Source: an uncultured virus (IMG/VR IMGVR_UViG_3300042937_001207)
Taxonomy: Duplodnaviria > Heunggongvirae > Uroviricota > Caudoviricetes
DNA length: 60,576 nt
Virus record (IMG/VR): IMGVR_UViG_3300042937_001207
Reading direction: 5' to 3' (one strand)
The position numbers and the translations under genes are program-made. The notes beneath the pieces were generated by a model. That model made no database searches and was not told the DNA's origin. It saw nothing but the letters and a program-made list of their open reading frames with translations. This document shows positions 38,003-46,133 of this stretch, piece by piece. Position 1 is the stretch's first letter; each line of letters opens with the position of its first letter.

Positions 38003-39022
38003 CTATGTGCCCAACAATGCTTTTTGTACTGCTAATTTCTTTTTTGTTGCAGAGGAATTTTCATCCATACTCGCTATTGCAAGTTCTTCCGGACTAGTGA
38101 ATCTGTAGTGGTCTAAGTATTCACAAACAGCATTATATACAGACCATGCGTTGTATCCATACCCGGCAGCATTTCTTTCGTTTTTATAAATCGAGTTGAT
38201 TGCATCTTCAATTGAATTGCGATGCTCTCTTTGTCTTTTTGTTTCAGCTTTTTGATACGGAGCTACTATCTTTAACACTGAATCAGGTACAGCAGATACG
38301 GGTGTCTTTATTGAAAGCAATTGCTCAGCGCTACGGGTGAATTCGTCAGCCCATCTTGTAGATATCTCAAGAACTTCTTGTGCATCGTCAATGATTGTGT
38401 CTACATTTCTTGTATGTCTTGCTGTAAAGACCCTTCTTGCTGTTCTTTCGCCAAGCACCACAGTGTTGTTGCATACTGCTCTTATTTCAGTGTTTGAATA
38501 TCTGATTGGCCACACTCCGTCATGACCTGCTGATATGACCAAGTATCTATCAAGCTTGTCGTTGACTCCTGCCGCATCAAGAACCAATGGACCAAGGTCT
38601 ATCGTTGCGAAGAATCTTGAACCGCCTTTCAGGCACCCACAGGTATCTACAACAGCATCACCCTTTGAGGCTCCCACAACTGCGAGAGCTCTTTCTAAGA
38701 CCTCGCTGTTCTGTCTGACCTCATATCTTGTCCCTACTGTTGCAAGGGAATCAAAAGAACCATCAAAATTCTGCCTAAGAGTTGCTCTACTGTCATTGAT
38801 GATGACTGCTGAGCCGTCTGAGTTTCTAATAAGCTCTCCTGAGTCGTCAACAGCTGCAACCTTGGTGAGGACAACATCGTAGTTTGCGCTGGCGGCTTCA
38901 AGCATCGCCTCCATCGTCTGGAGCCCTCTCATGGGCGTCCCAAGTCGATGCCAAGGCACCTGACGGTCGTTGTAGGCCATCCGAATCCGACCATTTTTGG
39001 TTTTATCTAGTTCGTGAGCCAT
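38003..39022 (-). CDS. DUF932/DUF945 phage/plasmid-like protein
   Basis: MAHE..PWHRLG, VG.RY.V.QN, G.L.GG.RFF, HDG, RAVCNNT, RHT, W.VYNAV.EYLDH. Confidence 0.88.
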   Translation of the reverse strand: MAHELDKTKNGRIRMAYNDRQVPWHRLGTPMRGLQTMEAMLEAASANYDVVLTKVAAVDDSGELIRNSDGSAVIINDSRATLRQNFDGSFDSLATVGTRYEVRQNSEVLERALAVVGASKGDAVVDTCGCLKGGSRFFATIDLGPLVLDAAGVNDKLDRYLVISAGHDGVWPIRYSNTEIRAVCNNTVVLGERTARRVFTARHTRNVDTIIDDAQEVLEISTRWADEFTRSAEQLLSIKTPVSAVPDSVLKIVAPYQKAETKRQREHRNSIEDAINSIYKNERNAAGYGYNAWSVYNAVCEYLDHYRFTSPEELAIASMDENSSATKKKLAVQKALLGT

Positions 39023-39103
39023 TTTTCCTCCACTTAATTATCGCACAGCCACACTTTAGTAAAAATACTTGCAATTCCAGAAAAGCGGCTGTACTCTTTT
39101 GCC

Positions 39104-39763
39104 ATGACAACAATTTACCCCCCAAAAACCCAAGAATTCCTCACTAAATTTTCAGACCAAGCAATCCAGATGATGATGGCAACCAAGCTTCTGGGTAGCA
39201 AGGTGGACAAGGGACCCGTGGACACCCCAGCAGTCCTGTTCTATGCGGTTCCTAGCAAAGACAACCCACTTGAAGAAGAAGTGGGCGTTGTGCAGATTGA
39301 CCCAGAAGATGGTGCTCCTGGTGACCATATTTTTGATTGGCTCATGAACGTTTATAAAGATGTTTTGGTGGCCCCAATATGGGGTGGAATCATTTCTGAT
39401 GTAGTTGCATTTGTCGGCGGCAAGAATGAAGACGACTCTCTTAGCCAGATGAAAAAAATGAAAGAAAAATACCCAGACAAGAACCTGCAACAGATTTTCA
39501 ACGAAAACCCACTAGAAAGTTCGCTTTCTGAGGGCTTATCAACAGTCATCTTTGACAGTTGTGGCAATCTCGCTACAAACTTCACTTCCTACAAGTACTC
39601 GGACGCCGGAACTCCAGTGTTTGATTTTAATAAAAGTGAATTTGCTGGCTCCATGTTCGGCAGTCAAGCTGAATCTTTCTTAAACCAAAAACTTACTTCT
39701 CAGATTATGGCTTTTATTGTTGCTGTTGAAGTTGCAGAAAGCACTAGGCAATATGCAGAATAA
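39104..39763 (+). CDS. Hypothetical protein
   Basis: 219 aa; promoter TTGCAA-N17-TACTCT-N6-ATG (leaderless). Confidence 0.7.
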   Translation: MTTIYPPKTQEFLTKFSDQAIQMMMATKLLGSKVDKGPVDTPAVLFYAVPSKDNPLEEEVGVVQIDPEDGAPGDHIFDWLMNVYKDVLVAPIWGGIISDVVAFVGGKNEDDSLSQMKKMKEKYPDKNLQQIFNENPLESSLSEGLSTVIFDSCGNLATNFTSYKYSDAGTPVFDFNKSEFAGSMFGSQAESFLNQKLTSQIMAFIVAVEVAESTRQYAE

Positions 39764-39992
39764 TAAAGCCCACATTGACTCAGTTCTAGCTCAGTCCGCA
39801 CATGTTCTCCGACGTGTTGCTGTTATACGAGACCACGGGTTTGCCTTTGATGCAGAAACATCAATTCTTGTAGACCAAACAATAAAAATGCTTGATGAAG
39901 CATTCAATGAAGAACCAAGTCAAAGCAATGGTTACAATGACTATGACACAGGACCGCATTGTGACGGAATGAAGATTAGGAAAAATCGATGA
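39753..39992 (+). CDS. Hypothetical protein
   Basis: Overlaps the flanking genes. Confidence 0.55.
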   Translation: MQNNKAHIDSVLAQSAHVLRRVAVIRDHGFAFDAETSILVDQTIKMLDEAFNEEPSQSNGYNDYDTGPHCDGMKIRKNR

Positions 39993-40321
39993 TATTTTCA
40001 TTTGAGTTTAACTTGTCTAAACTCCAAGCAGAATTAATCACTGAAGCATTGCTTGGAATGATTAATGCAGGTAAGCGGCTTGCTGTTGCAATTGACGAAA
40101 ACGGAGATTTAAAAACTACACTCAATGGTCGTTCGTTGAGCGAAAATGAAAAATCTCAATTAGTTGTTGCCTTTCATCAAGCTAACTCAATACTCGCAGA
40201 CATTGAACAAATTGAAGAAGAAGAGAATCGGGTCGAAGCAGAGAAAAGCATTTCTGGAGTTGTTGAAGGTTTTTATGACATGCTTCAGTCACCAGAGAAT
40301 CCCCCACCCTTCAACTTGTAA
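39989..40321 (+). CDS. Hypothetical protein
   Basis: ATGA overlap; 110 aa. Confidence 0.6.
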   Translation: MIFSFEFNLSKLQAELITEALLGMINAGKRLAVAIDENGDLKTTLNGRSLSENEKSQLVVAFHQANSILADIEQIEEEENRVEAEKSISGVVEGFYDMLQSPENPPPFNL

Positions 40322-40695
40322 ATTCCGTTTTCTAGGTCATTACCCAATGACTCCCTCCACCTAAAGCTGAACTCCTTATGGGTCTCATGGCTCTTTGGTG
40401 AGAAGTCAAATGAGTTATTAGCCTCCTCAACAGAAACCGCCTCTTCATCTATCAGGCCATGTTTTAGGTAAAGGTCCTTAAGTGCTTCGTCTGGTGTGTT
40501 ACCTACACCAATCATCTTTGATTCTTCTGAATCCCAGAAGTCCAATGCATCACAATCGTCTCCGTGTATGTAGGCCTCTAGGGCTTCTGACTCACCCGAA
40601 TACTCTGCTATGGCAAACCACTTTCCACCTTCGTAAACACCGGAATATCGTGCCTCTCTTATGACTACTGGGTAAAGAGATATTTCGTCACTCAT
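40285..40695 (-). CDS. Hypothetical phage protein
   Basis: YP.VI...[15 protein letters not shown]...[11 protein letters not shown]; start reassigned. Confidence 0.7.
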   Translation of the reverse strand: MSDEISLYPVVIREARYSGVYEGGKWFAIAEYSGESEALEAYIHGDDCDALDFWDSEESKMIGVGNTPDEALKDLYLKHGLIDEEAVSVEEANNSFDFSPKSHETHKEFSFRWRESLGNDLENGIYKLKGGGFSGD

Positions 40696-41026
40696 CTTCG
40701 TATGACTCAGCTGATAGAACTTTTTCAAGTTCTGTGATAATGAAGTCTGGTCCGGCAGCTCCAACTATTGTTGAAACAACTTCGCCATCAGCAAATATCA
40801 AAAGAGTTGGGATGCTCATCACATTGAAGCGCTTTGCTAGGTCTGGGTTCTTGTCGACATCAGATTTAACAAACCGTATTAGACCTTCATAAGCAGTACT
40901 CAGCTCTTCAAGCAATGGAGCCATGTATTGGCACGGTCCACACCATGTAGCCCAAATATCAAGGACCATTGGCGTAGGTCTCTCCGTGAGGACTGCGTCA
41001 AACTCTTGTTGCGTGATTTCTCTCAT
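40688..41026 (-). CDS. trxA: Thioredoxin
   Basis: [26 protein letters not shown]; leaderless TACAAT-N6-ATG. Confidence 0.93.
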   Translation of the reverse strand: MREITQQEFDAVLTERPTPMVLDIWATWCGPCQYMAPLLEELSTAYEGLIRFVKSDVDKNPDLAKRFNVMSIPTLLIFADGEVVSTIVGAAGPDFIITELEKVLSAESYEDE

Positions 41027-41131
41027 ATATCTATTGTATTCCTTATTGTTCCACCTGTGAATATGCCTTACGGGTTGCAACAGGCCAGTGGAGTGTGTAT
41101 ATTGACTCAACACCCGTATTAAAGGAGCTTT

Positions 41132-41362
41132 ATGATTTACTCAGGCGATACCTGGCGTTCAGCACGTGCGTGCATTAGTGCAAATACGCTCACATTCTTC
41201 CCGCGCAATCGCAAACAGCGCCTTGAAGCTCTTGGTTATTGTGGAATTTGCCTTGTTCGTGGAGAGTGCCTCAAGTATGCTCTTGATAATTCAATTGAGT
41301 TTGGCATCTACGGGGGAAAGACTGAAGACGAGCGAAAAATCTTGTTGCGTCGCAGGCGATGA
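41132..41362 (+). CDS. whiB: WhiB-family transcription factor
   Basis: [32 protein letters not shown]. Confidence 0.92.
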   Translation: MIYSGDTWRSARACISANTLTFFPRNRKQRLEALGYCGICLVRGECLKYALDNSIEFGIYGGKTEDERKILLRRRR

Positions 41363-43296
41363 ACGAAAAACGACTCTGGCTAAATGACGACCATCTAGTA
41401 ATCGACTTTCCATACGACCCAGACGAGGTCGCAGCGATTAAGAAGATACCTGGGGCTAAATGGGACAAGCTCGCCCGTGTTTGGCGTGCTCCTGCTACAT
41501 CTCTTTCTGAAATTAGAGATTTTGCAATCCTTCATGACTTTGAAGTTGAAACATCAATAATGCTTTTTGATGAACCAAAACGATTGAACAAGTCATTTGG
41601 CATGTGGAGCGACGATATCTGGATTTATCTTGGCTTTAATTACGACCAAGTAAAAGTTCGCTCAGTAAAACAACTCCCAGGTGTTACATGGGATTCAAAG
41701 TCAAAAGCATGGAGAGTGCCTAGAACGGCTGTTCGTGAAGCAATTCAATGGGCTGCAATCTTTAAAATAGATGTACCGGCTGAACTACATCTTGATGCGG
41801 AAGAGTTTGCTGAGGTTAGTAAAAAACGAGCAGATGCATCACGGGCTCATAGTGCCGTGCTGTTAGTGCCAAACATTTCTGGCTCACTACTTCCATATCA
41901 AATGGCTGGAGTCTCCTATGCTCATCAGACAAGAAGGTGCTTCATTGCTGATGACATGGGTCTTGGGAAAACACTGCAAGCATTGGCAACACTTGAGTAC
42001 TCTGCTTCGCTTGGAGAAGATGTATACCCAGCAATAGTTATGTGTCCGTCAAATCTTGTTCTTAACTGGAAGTCAGAAGTAGAAAAATGGATACCATCTA
42101 GAAAAGCAAGCGTTGTAGTTGACCGCTCAACCTTTCCGAGCGAAGAGCACGACATAGTAGTTATTGGGTATGCAAACATAAGCCATTGGGTGAAGAGTTT
42201 AAAAGGTTACAAATCTCTTATTTGCGATGAATCTCACTACCTCAAAACACCAACAGCACAGCGCACAAAAGCTGCAATAAAGATTTCAAAAACAATAAAA
42301 TCTGGTTTGGTTCTATGTCTAACCGGTACACCAGTGACGAACAGGCCAGCAGAGTACGCAAGTCAATTAGACATCATTGGCAGGCTTAACGAGCTTGGTG
42401 GCACCTGGGGCTTCTATAGACGCTATTGCGGAGCTTTTAAAGACAAATGGGGACATTGGAATACATCCGGTGCTACAAACTTAGAGGAACTCAATGAGAT
42501 ACTTCGCTCACTTTGTTACATACGACGCACAAAGGAACAAGTGCTTCCAGAACTGCCAGATGTAATCCATGATAAGCATGTTATTAATCTCTCAGATAAG
42601 CATCGAGCTGAATATAAAAAAGCTGAAGACGATATTGTTGAATACCTTGTTCAGCGAGCAAAAGAGATTGCTTTAGAAATCGGAAAATCTCCTTATTCGG
42701 CTGCGGTTGTAGCAAAAATAAAAGCCGAGTCAAATGTTCACTTGGTCAAACTTTCTGTATTACGTAGGTTGGCAGCAAAAGGGAAGATGGAATCAATTAA
42801 AGAATGGGTGCAGACTCAGGTGGAAGCTGGTGAGAAAGTTGTAATTGCTGCTCACCATCGTGATGTAGTTGACTATTTGGCTAATGAGTTTGGTGGTTTA
42901 AAAATACAGGGTGGGATGGATGTTGAAGATGTTGAGAAGGCAAAGAAGATGTTCCAAAACCTGTCCACCGAAGAAGCCCCTGTAATAGTCCTGTCAATGC
43001 AAGCAGCCAAGACCGGCCACACTCTAACCGCTGCTCAAAAAGTGCTGTTCGTGGAGCTCCCATGGACTCCGGCTGATGTTGACCAGCTCTATAGTCGATG
43101 TCACAGACTTGGGCAAAAAGGCTCAGTGATGGTTACATATGCTATAGCGGTTGACACAGTTGATGAACAAATCTATGACTTGATACAGTCAAAGCGCCAC
43201 ATCGTTAATGCGGCCGTAGATGGTTCGTATGGTGAAGAAAGCGAGTCGTCTAGCCAGCTTGTTCTTGACTACCTAAAACGAGGTTTCAACCGCTAA
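41359..43296 (+). CDS. SNF2-family helicase (HARP/SMARCAL1-like)
   Basis: Two N-terminal F.Y....V..IK.IPG..WD...K.W repeats; ADDMGLGKT, DESH, LTGTP, GHTLTAA, W.P....Q..SRCHRLGQ. Confidence 0.92.
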   Translation: MNEKRLWLNDDHLVIDFPYDPDEVAAIKKIPGAKWDKLARVWRAPATSLSEIRDFAILHDFEVETSIMLFDEPKRLNKSFGMWSDDIWIYLGFNYDQVKVRSVKQLPGVTWDSKSKAWRVPRTAVREAIQWAAIFKIDVPAELHLDAEEFAEVSKKRADASRAHSAVLLVPNISGSLLPYQMAGVSYAHQTRRCFIADDMGLGKTLQALATLEYSASLGEDVYPAIVMCPSNLVLNWKSEVEKWIPSRKASVVVDRSTFPSEEHDIVVIGYANISHWVKSLKGYKSLICDESHYLKTPTAQRTKAAIKISKTIKSGLVLCLTGTPVTNRPAEYASQLDIIGRLNELGGTWGFYRRYCGAFKDKWGHWNTSGATNLEELNEILRSLCYIRRTKEQVLPELPDVIHDKHVINLSDKHRAEYKKAEDDIVEYLVQRAKEIALEIGKSPYSAAVVAKIKAESNVHLVKLSVLRRLAAKGKMESIKEWVQTQVEAGEKVVIAAHHRDVVDYLANEFGGLKIQGGMDVEDVEKAKKMFQNLSTEEAPVIVLSMQAAKTGHTLTAAQKVLFVELPWTPADVDQLYSRCHRLGQKGSVMVTYAIAVDTVDEQIYDLIQSKRHIVNAAVDGSYGEESESSSQLVLDYLKRGFNR

Positions 43297-43455
43297 TCAC
43301 TTTTAGACACTGCTTGCAAGTGACTAAATCTTTGTTATAAGTGACAATGTAGGTTGCATCTTGAAGTCCGCATGATGTCAAATAGAACGGCAGACCGTGC
43401 CAACCATTTCCGTTGTGCACTAAATCACGCGTCGGCGTGTCTGGTACTTCTTCTA

Positions 43456-43995
43456 TTATTTTAGCTCCAGCATGAATGTGTCTGATTCCCACATAATACC
43501 AATGGCTGCGTAGCCAATTACATCCATAACATTGTCTTGGATTGATTCATTGTTGGGTGTTGAGTTGTTCTCTATGAGGTTCTCAAGTCTGGCAACTTTG
43601 TCATGAACTCTGACCATAAGGCCGGCTCTACCGAAACGCTGAATGTTTGAGTGGCCGTAGTCATGTTGCTTCCGGCACAAAACCTCATGCACATAAGGAA
43701 TGGTTAGATTGAATCCAAGAGAATAAGCCAGCATGTTTGCAAGCCTTCCTATTGACTTCCATTCACTTGAAGCATTCTTCTTGTCGTCGTAAAACATCTC
43801 ATTGATAAAAATATCAAGATGGGTTCGGAGCATCTTTACGGTTGCGTTGCTCGATTCGTCAAAAGAAGAAACCAGCCTCAATATAGTGTCACCAACAAAA
43901 CTCAATTCTTCATCTGCAGGAAGTATTTTTTTTAGTGCTAGCAATGATGCGTCATTCCATGTTCGTGGCAATTCACTAACTGATTGTTGATTCAT
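43456..43995 (-). CDS. Nucleotide-modification-associated domain protein (DUF1599-like)
   Basis: RKQHDYG..NI..GLMVRVHDKVARL..NESIQDNVMDVIGY. Confidence 0.75.
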   Translation of the reverse strand: MNQQSVSELPRTWNDASLLALKKILPADEELSFVGDTILRLVSSFDESSNATVKMLRTHLDIFINEMFYDDKKNASSEWKSIGRLANMLAYSLGFNLTIPYVHEVLCRKQHDYGHSNIQRFGRAGLMVRVHDKVARLENLIENNSTPNNESIQDNVMDVIGYAAIGIMWESDTFMLELK

Positions 43996-45367
43996 CCAAT
44001 ACTCCTTTAAAAATTTTTCCAAGCCATTCTGCTACTGGTGCAGCTACTCCGTTACCGGTTTGCTTATACCTAGCTGTATCGGGCTGTTCTTTTCCGTCTG
44101 CACGCCATCTGGTGTGGTCCACGGGCCAGCCCATCAAAATCTCACATTCTTTTGGCAAAAGGCGTCTAACCACCATGTTCTGCAACACCCCGGTTGACTG
44201 TTTTGTACCAGCCCTGATTGCATGATGTATGCCGCCGTCAATAAGCTTGTCGTTGTATTCATCGTAAGCAATTGCATCAATGACAAGGTTTTCACCCCTG
44301 CTTGACGGCACTCCACCGTCGCCACCACTACGAAGTGTCATTGCTATCCCGTCATTGAGTTCTTCGTTTTGTGCGACCATTGGAGTGTTTAGGCCACCAG
44401 TGCCCATAAACGCAGTCAATGTGTTGATGGTGTCGCCCTGCAAGCGAACCCCATCCTGTCTGTGCGGGTGGAACACTATTGGTGAATCATCGTTTTCGTA
44501 AGCAACACTTGGTGACTGCTGTGTAGCTTTGAGTGTTGGTGAATGGTCTGTAAATACATTTGCATTTGAGCCGAATTGGGTGTCAAAGGAATAAACTTCT
44601 TCATTTGTAACAATTGTTCCAGGGCCTTTTGCGTCACGGGCTCGCAATGTTAGAGCTTTGTCGGTTTCTTGCCATTTAGCAAAACCGCTGTTCTCAAATG
44701 CTAGGACTCCCTGTTCGCTACTGCTTCCAGTGCTTGACGAAGCTTTTCCGGCAACTTCTTGTTTCGCCTGTCTGCCCTTCTGAGAATGCCTTCGCATGCC
44801 CTCTTGGACAGGTAGTAACGGGAGGGGACTTCGCTCTGCGGCACCAATATCGTATGTAGCACACACGAAGATGCGGCGCCGTCGCTGGGCGATTCCGTAG
44901 TACTGAGCATCAAGGATTGCCCAGTCAAGCGCCACGCACCCTGATTTGGCCATTTCATCGAGGACGACCCCAAAGTCAGCACCCTTGTTGGAAGTAAGTG
45001 CTCCGGGAACGTTTTCCCAGATTGCGAGTCGTGGGTATTGTCCATTTGTTGCATCACGCATCTCCTTGATAATTCTTATTGCTTCATGAAATAAACCAGA
45101 GCGCTCACCAGAGAGGCCTTTTCGGACGCCAGCCACGGAGAGGTCCTGGCACGGGCTACCGAAGTTTATGCAGTCAACTGGTTCTATTTCATTGCCTTTA
45201 ACATCTCTAACATCAAGATATTTAGGGATGTCTGGCCAGTGTTTCTTAAGTATCTGCTGGCATGCGGGGTCCCATTCAACTTGCCACCGGCATTGCCAGT
45301 CGGCGGCTTCAAACCCAAGGTCGAAACCGCCGACTCCGGCGAAGAGGCTGCCAAATGTCAGGCTCAG
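43976..45367 (-). CDS. DNA (cytosine-5) methyltransferase, probable CTG start
   Basis: The frame extends upstream of the listed ORF to give motif I SLFAGVGGFD, VEWD, motif IV GSPCQDLS, ENVPG, QRRRRIF, and motif X RYKQTGNGV; the CTG overlaps the ssb TGA. Confidence 0.9.
   Translation of the reverse strand: MSLTFGSLFAGVGGFDLGFEAADWQCRWQVEWDPACQQILKKHWPDIPKYLDVRDVKGNEIEPVDCINFGSPCQDLSVAGVRKGLSGERSGLFHEAIRIIKEMRDATNGQYPRLAIWENVPGALTSNKGADFGVVLDEMAKSGCVALDWAILDAQYYGIAQRRRRIFVCATYDIGAAERSPLPLLPVQEGMRRHSQKGRQAKQEVAGKASSSTGSSSEQGVLAFENSGFAKWQETDKALTLRARDAKGPGTIVTNEEVYSFDTQFGSNANVFTDHSPTLKATQQSPSVAYENDDSPIVFHPHRQDGVRLQGDTINTLTAFMGTGGLNTPMVAQNEELNDGIAMTLRSGGDGGVPSSRGENLVIDAIAYDEYNDKLIDGGIHHAIRAGTKQSTGVLQNMVVRRLLPKECEILMGWPVDHTRWRADGKEQPDTARYKQTGNGVAAPVAEWLGKIFKGVLDESTIS
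44701..45057 (-). CDS. Nested alternate-frame ORF inside the methyltransferase (beta-subunit-like)
   Basis: 118 aa with L..IL....VPSRYYLSKRACEGILRRA.RR.K.LP..L..ALE; GGAG RBS upstream. Confidence 0.6.
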   Translation of the reverse strand: MMQQMDNTHDSQSGKTFPEHLLPTRVLTLGSSSMKWPNQGAWRLTGQSLMLSTTESPSDGAASSCVLHTILVPQSEVPSRYYLSKRACEGILRRADRRNKKLPEKLRQALEAVANRES

Positions 45368-45843
45368 AAAGGCTCTTCCCCGAATGAATCAAAGTCATTG
45401 CGGGTTGTAGCTGGACGAGCGCCTGCTCGTGCTGGTGCTTTCTGTGCAGGACGAGCGTTGACAGGGTTGCCAGAAGCATTCTCTGCCTTTGCTTTGCGCT
45501 GCAATGTCTCAATGTTGCGAACAGAAATACCGATTTCGTCTGCAAGAACGTTCACTGCTGAACGCTTCTTACCTGTTTCTTTGTCGTCCCATGTTTCTTG
45601 CTCAAGACGACCGGTCACGGTCACACGAATTCCCTTTTCAAGAACTCGTACTGCATCTTCGGCAAGGTTTCGCCATGCGATTACATTGAAGTAGGAAGTC
45701 TTTTCCTGCTTTTCGCCCTTGGCGTCTGTCCAGAAGTTATTGACTGCTACGGAAAAAGAAAGCTTTCCTGCTCCTGAGTCAAAATAACGGATTTCTGGGT
45801 CCGCCGTTAGGTTCCCGGTTATTGTTACTGGCGCTGATGACAT
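45364..45843 (-). CDS. ssb: Single-stranded DNA-binding protein
   Basis: ITGNLTADPE, VIAWRNLAE, VTVTGRLEQ, acidic tail EEPF; AAGGAG RBS. Confidence 0.96.
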   Translation of the reverse strand: MSSAPVTITGNLTADPEIRYFDSGAGKLSFSVAVNNFWTDAKGEKQEKTSYFNVIAWRNLAEDAVRVLEKGIRVTVTGRLEQETWDDKETGKKRSAVNVLADEIGISVRNIETLQRKAKAENASGNPVNARPAQKAPARAGARPATTRNDFDSFGEEPF

Positions 45844-45912
45844 GTTCGTATTCTCCTTGTGTTGAGTTGATTATCGCCAAAAGCAGCTTATCACCCATGA
45901 TAGGCTCTGTCA

Positions 45913-46131
45913 ATGGCTACTAATCCTTTTGAAATAAGGCTTTCGTTAACCAATGCGATTGCCAATTCGCTGTTTGATATTGCTTTTGACCAAAGCTTAT
46001 CCGACGCTGAGCTTAAACAGCAACTTGAAGACTACAAAGATGTTGCGGCAATGATTCTTGAAGACCTTGGATGTGAAGTCCTTGAACTCAAAGAAGGAAA
46101 GATGATTTGCTCCTTCAGTCCACAAAAATAA
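45913..46131 (+). CDS. Small hypothetical protein
   Basis: 72 aa; leaderless TAGGCT-N6-ATG. Confidence 0.65.
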   Translation: MATNPFEIRLSLTNAIANSLFDIAFDQSLSDAELKQQLEDYKDVAAMILEDLGCEVLELKEGKMICSFSPQK

Positions 46132-46133
46132 TA

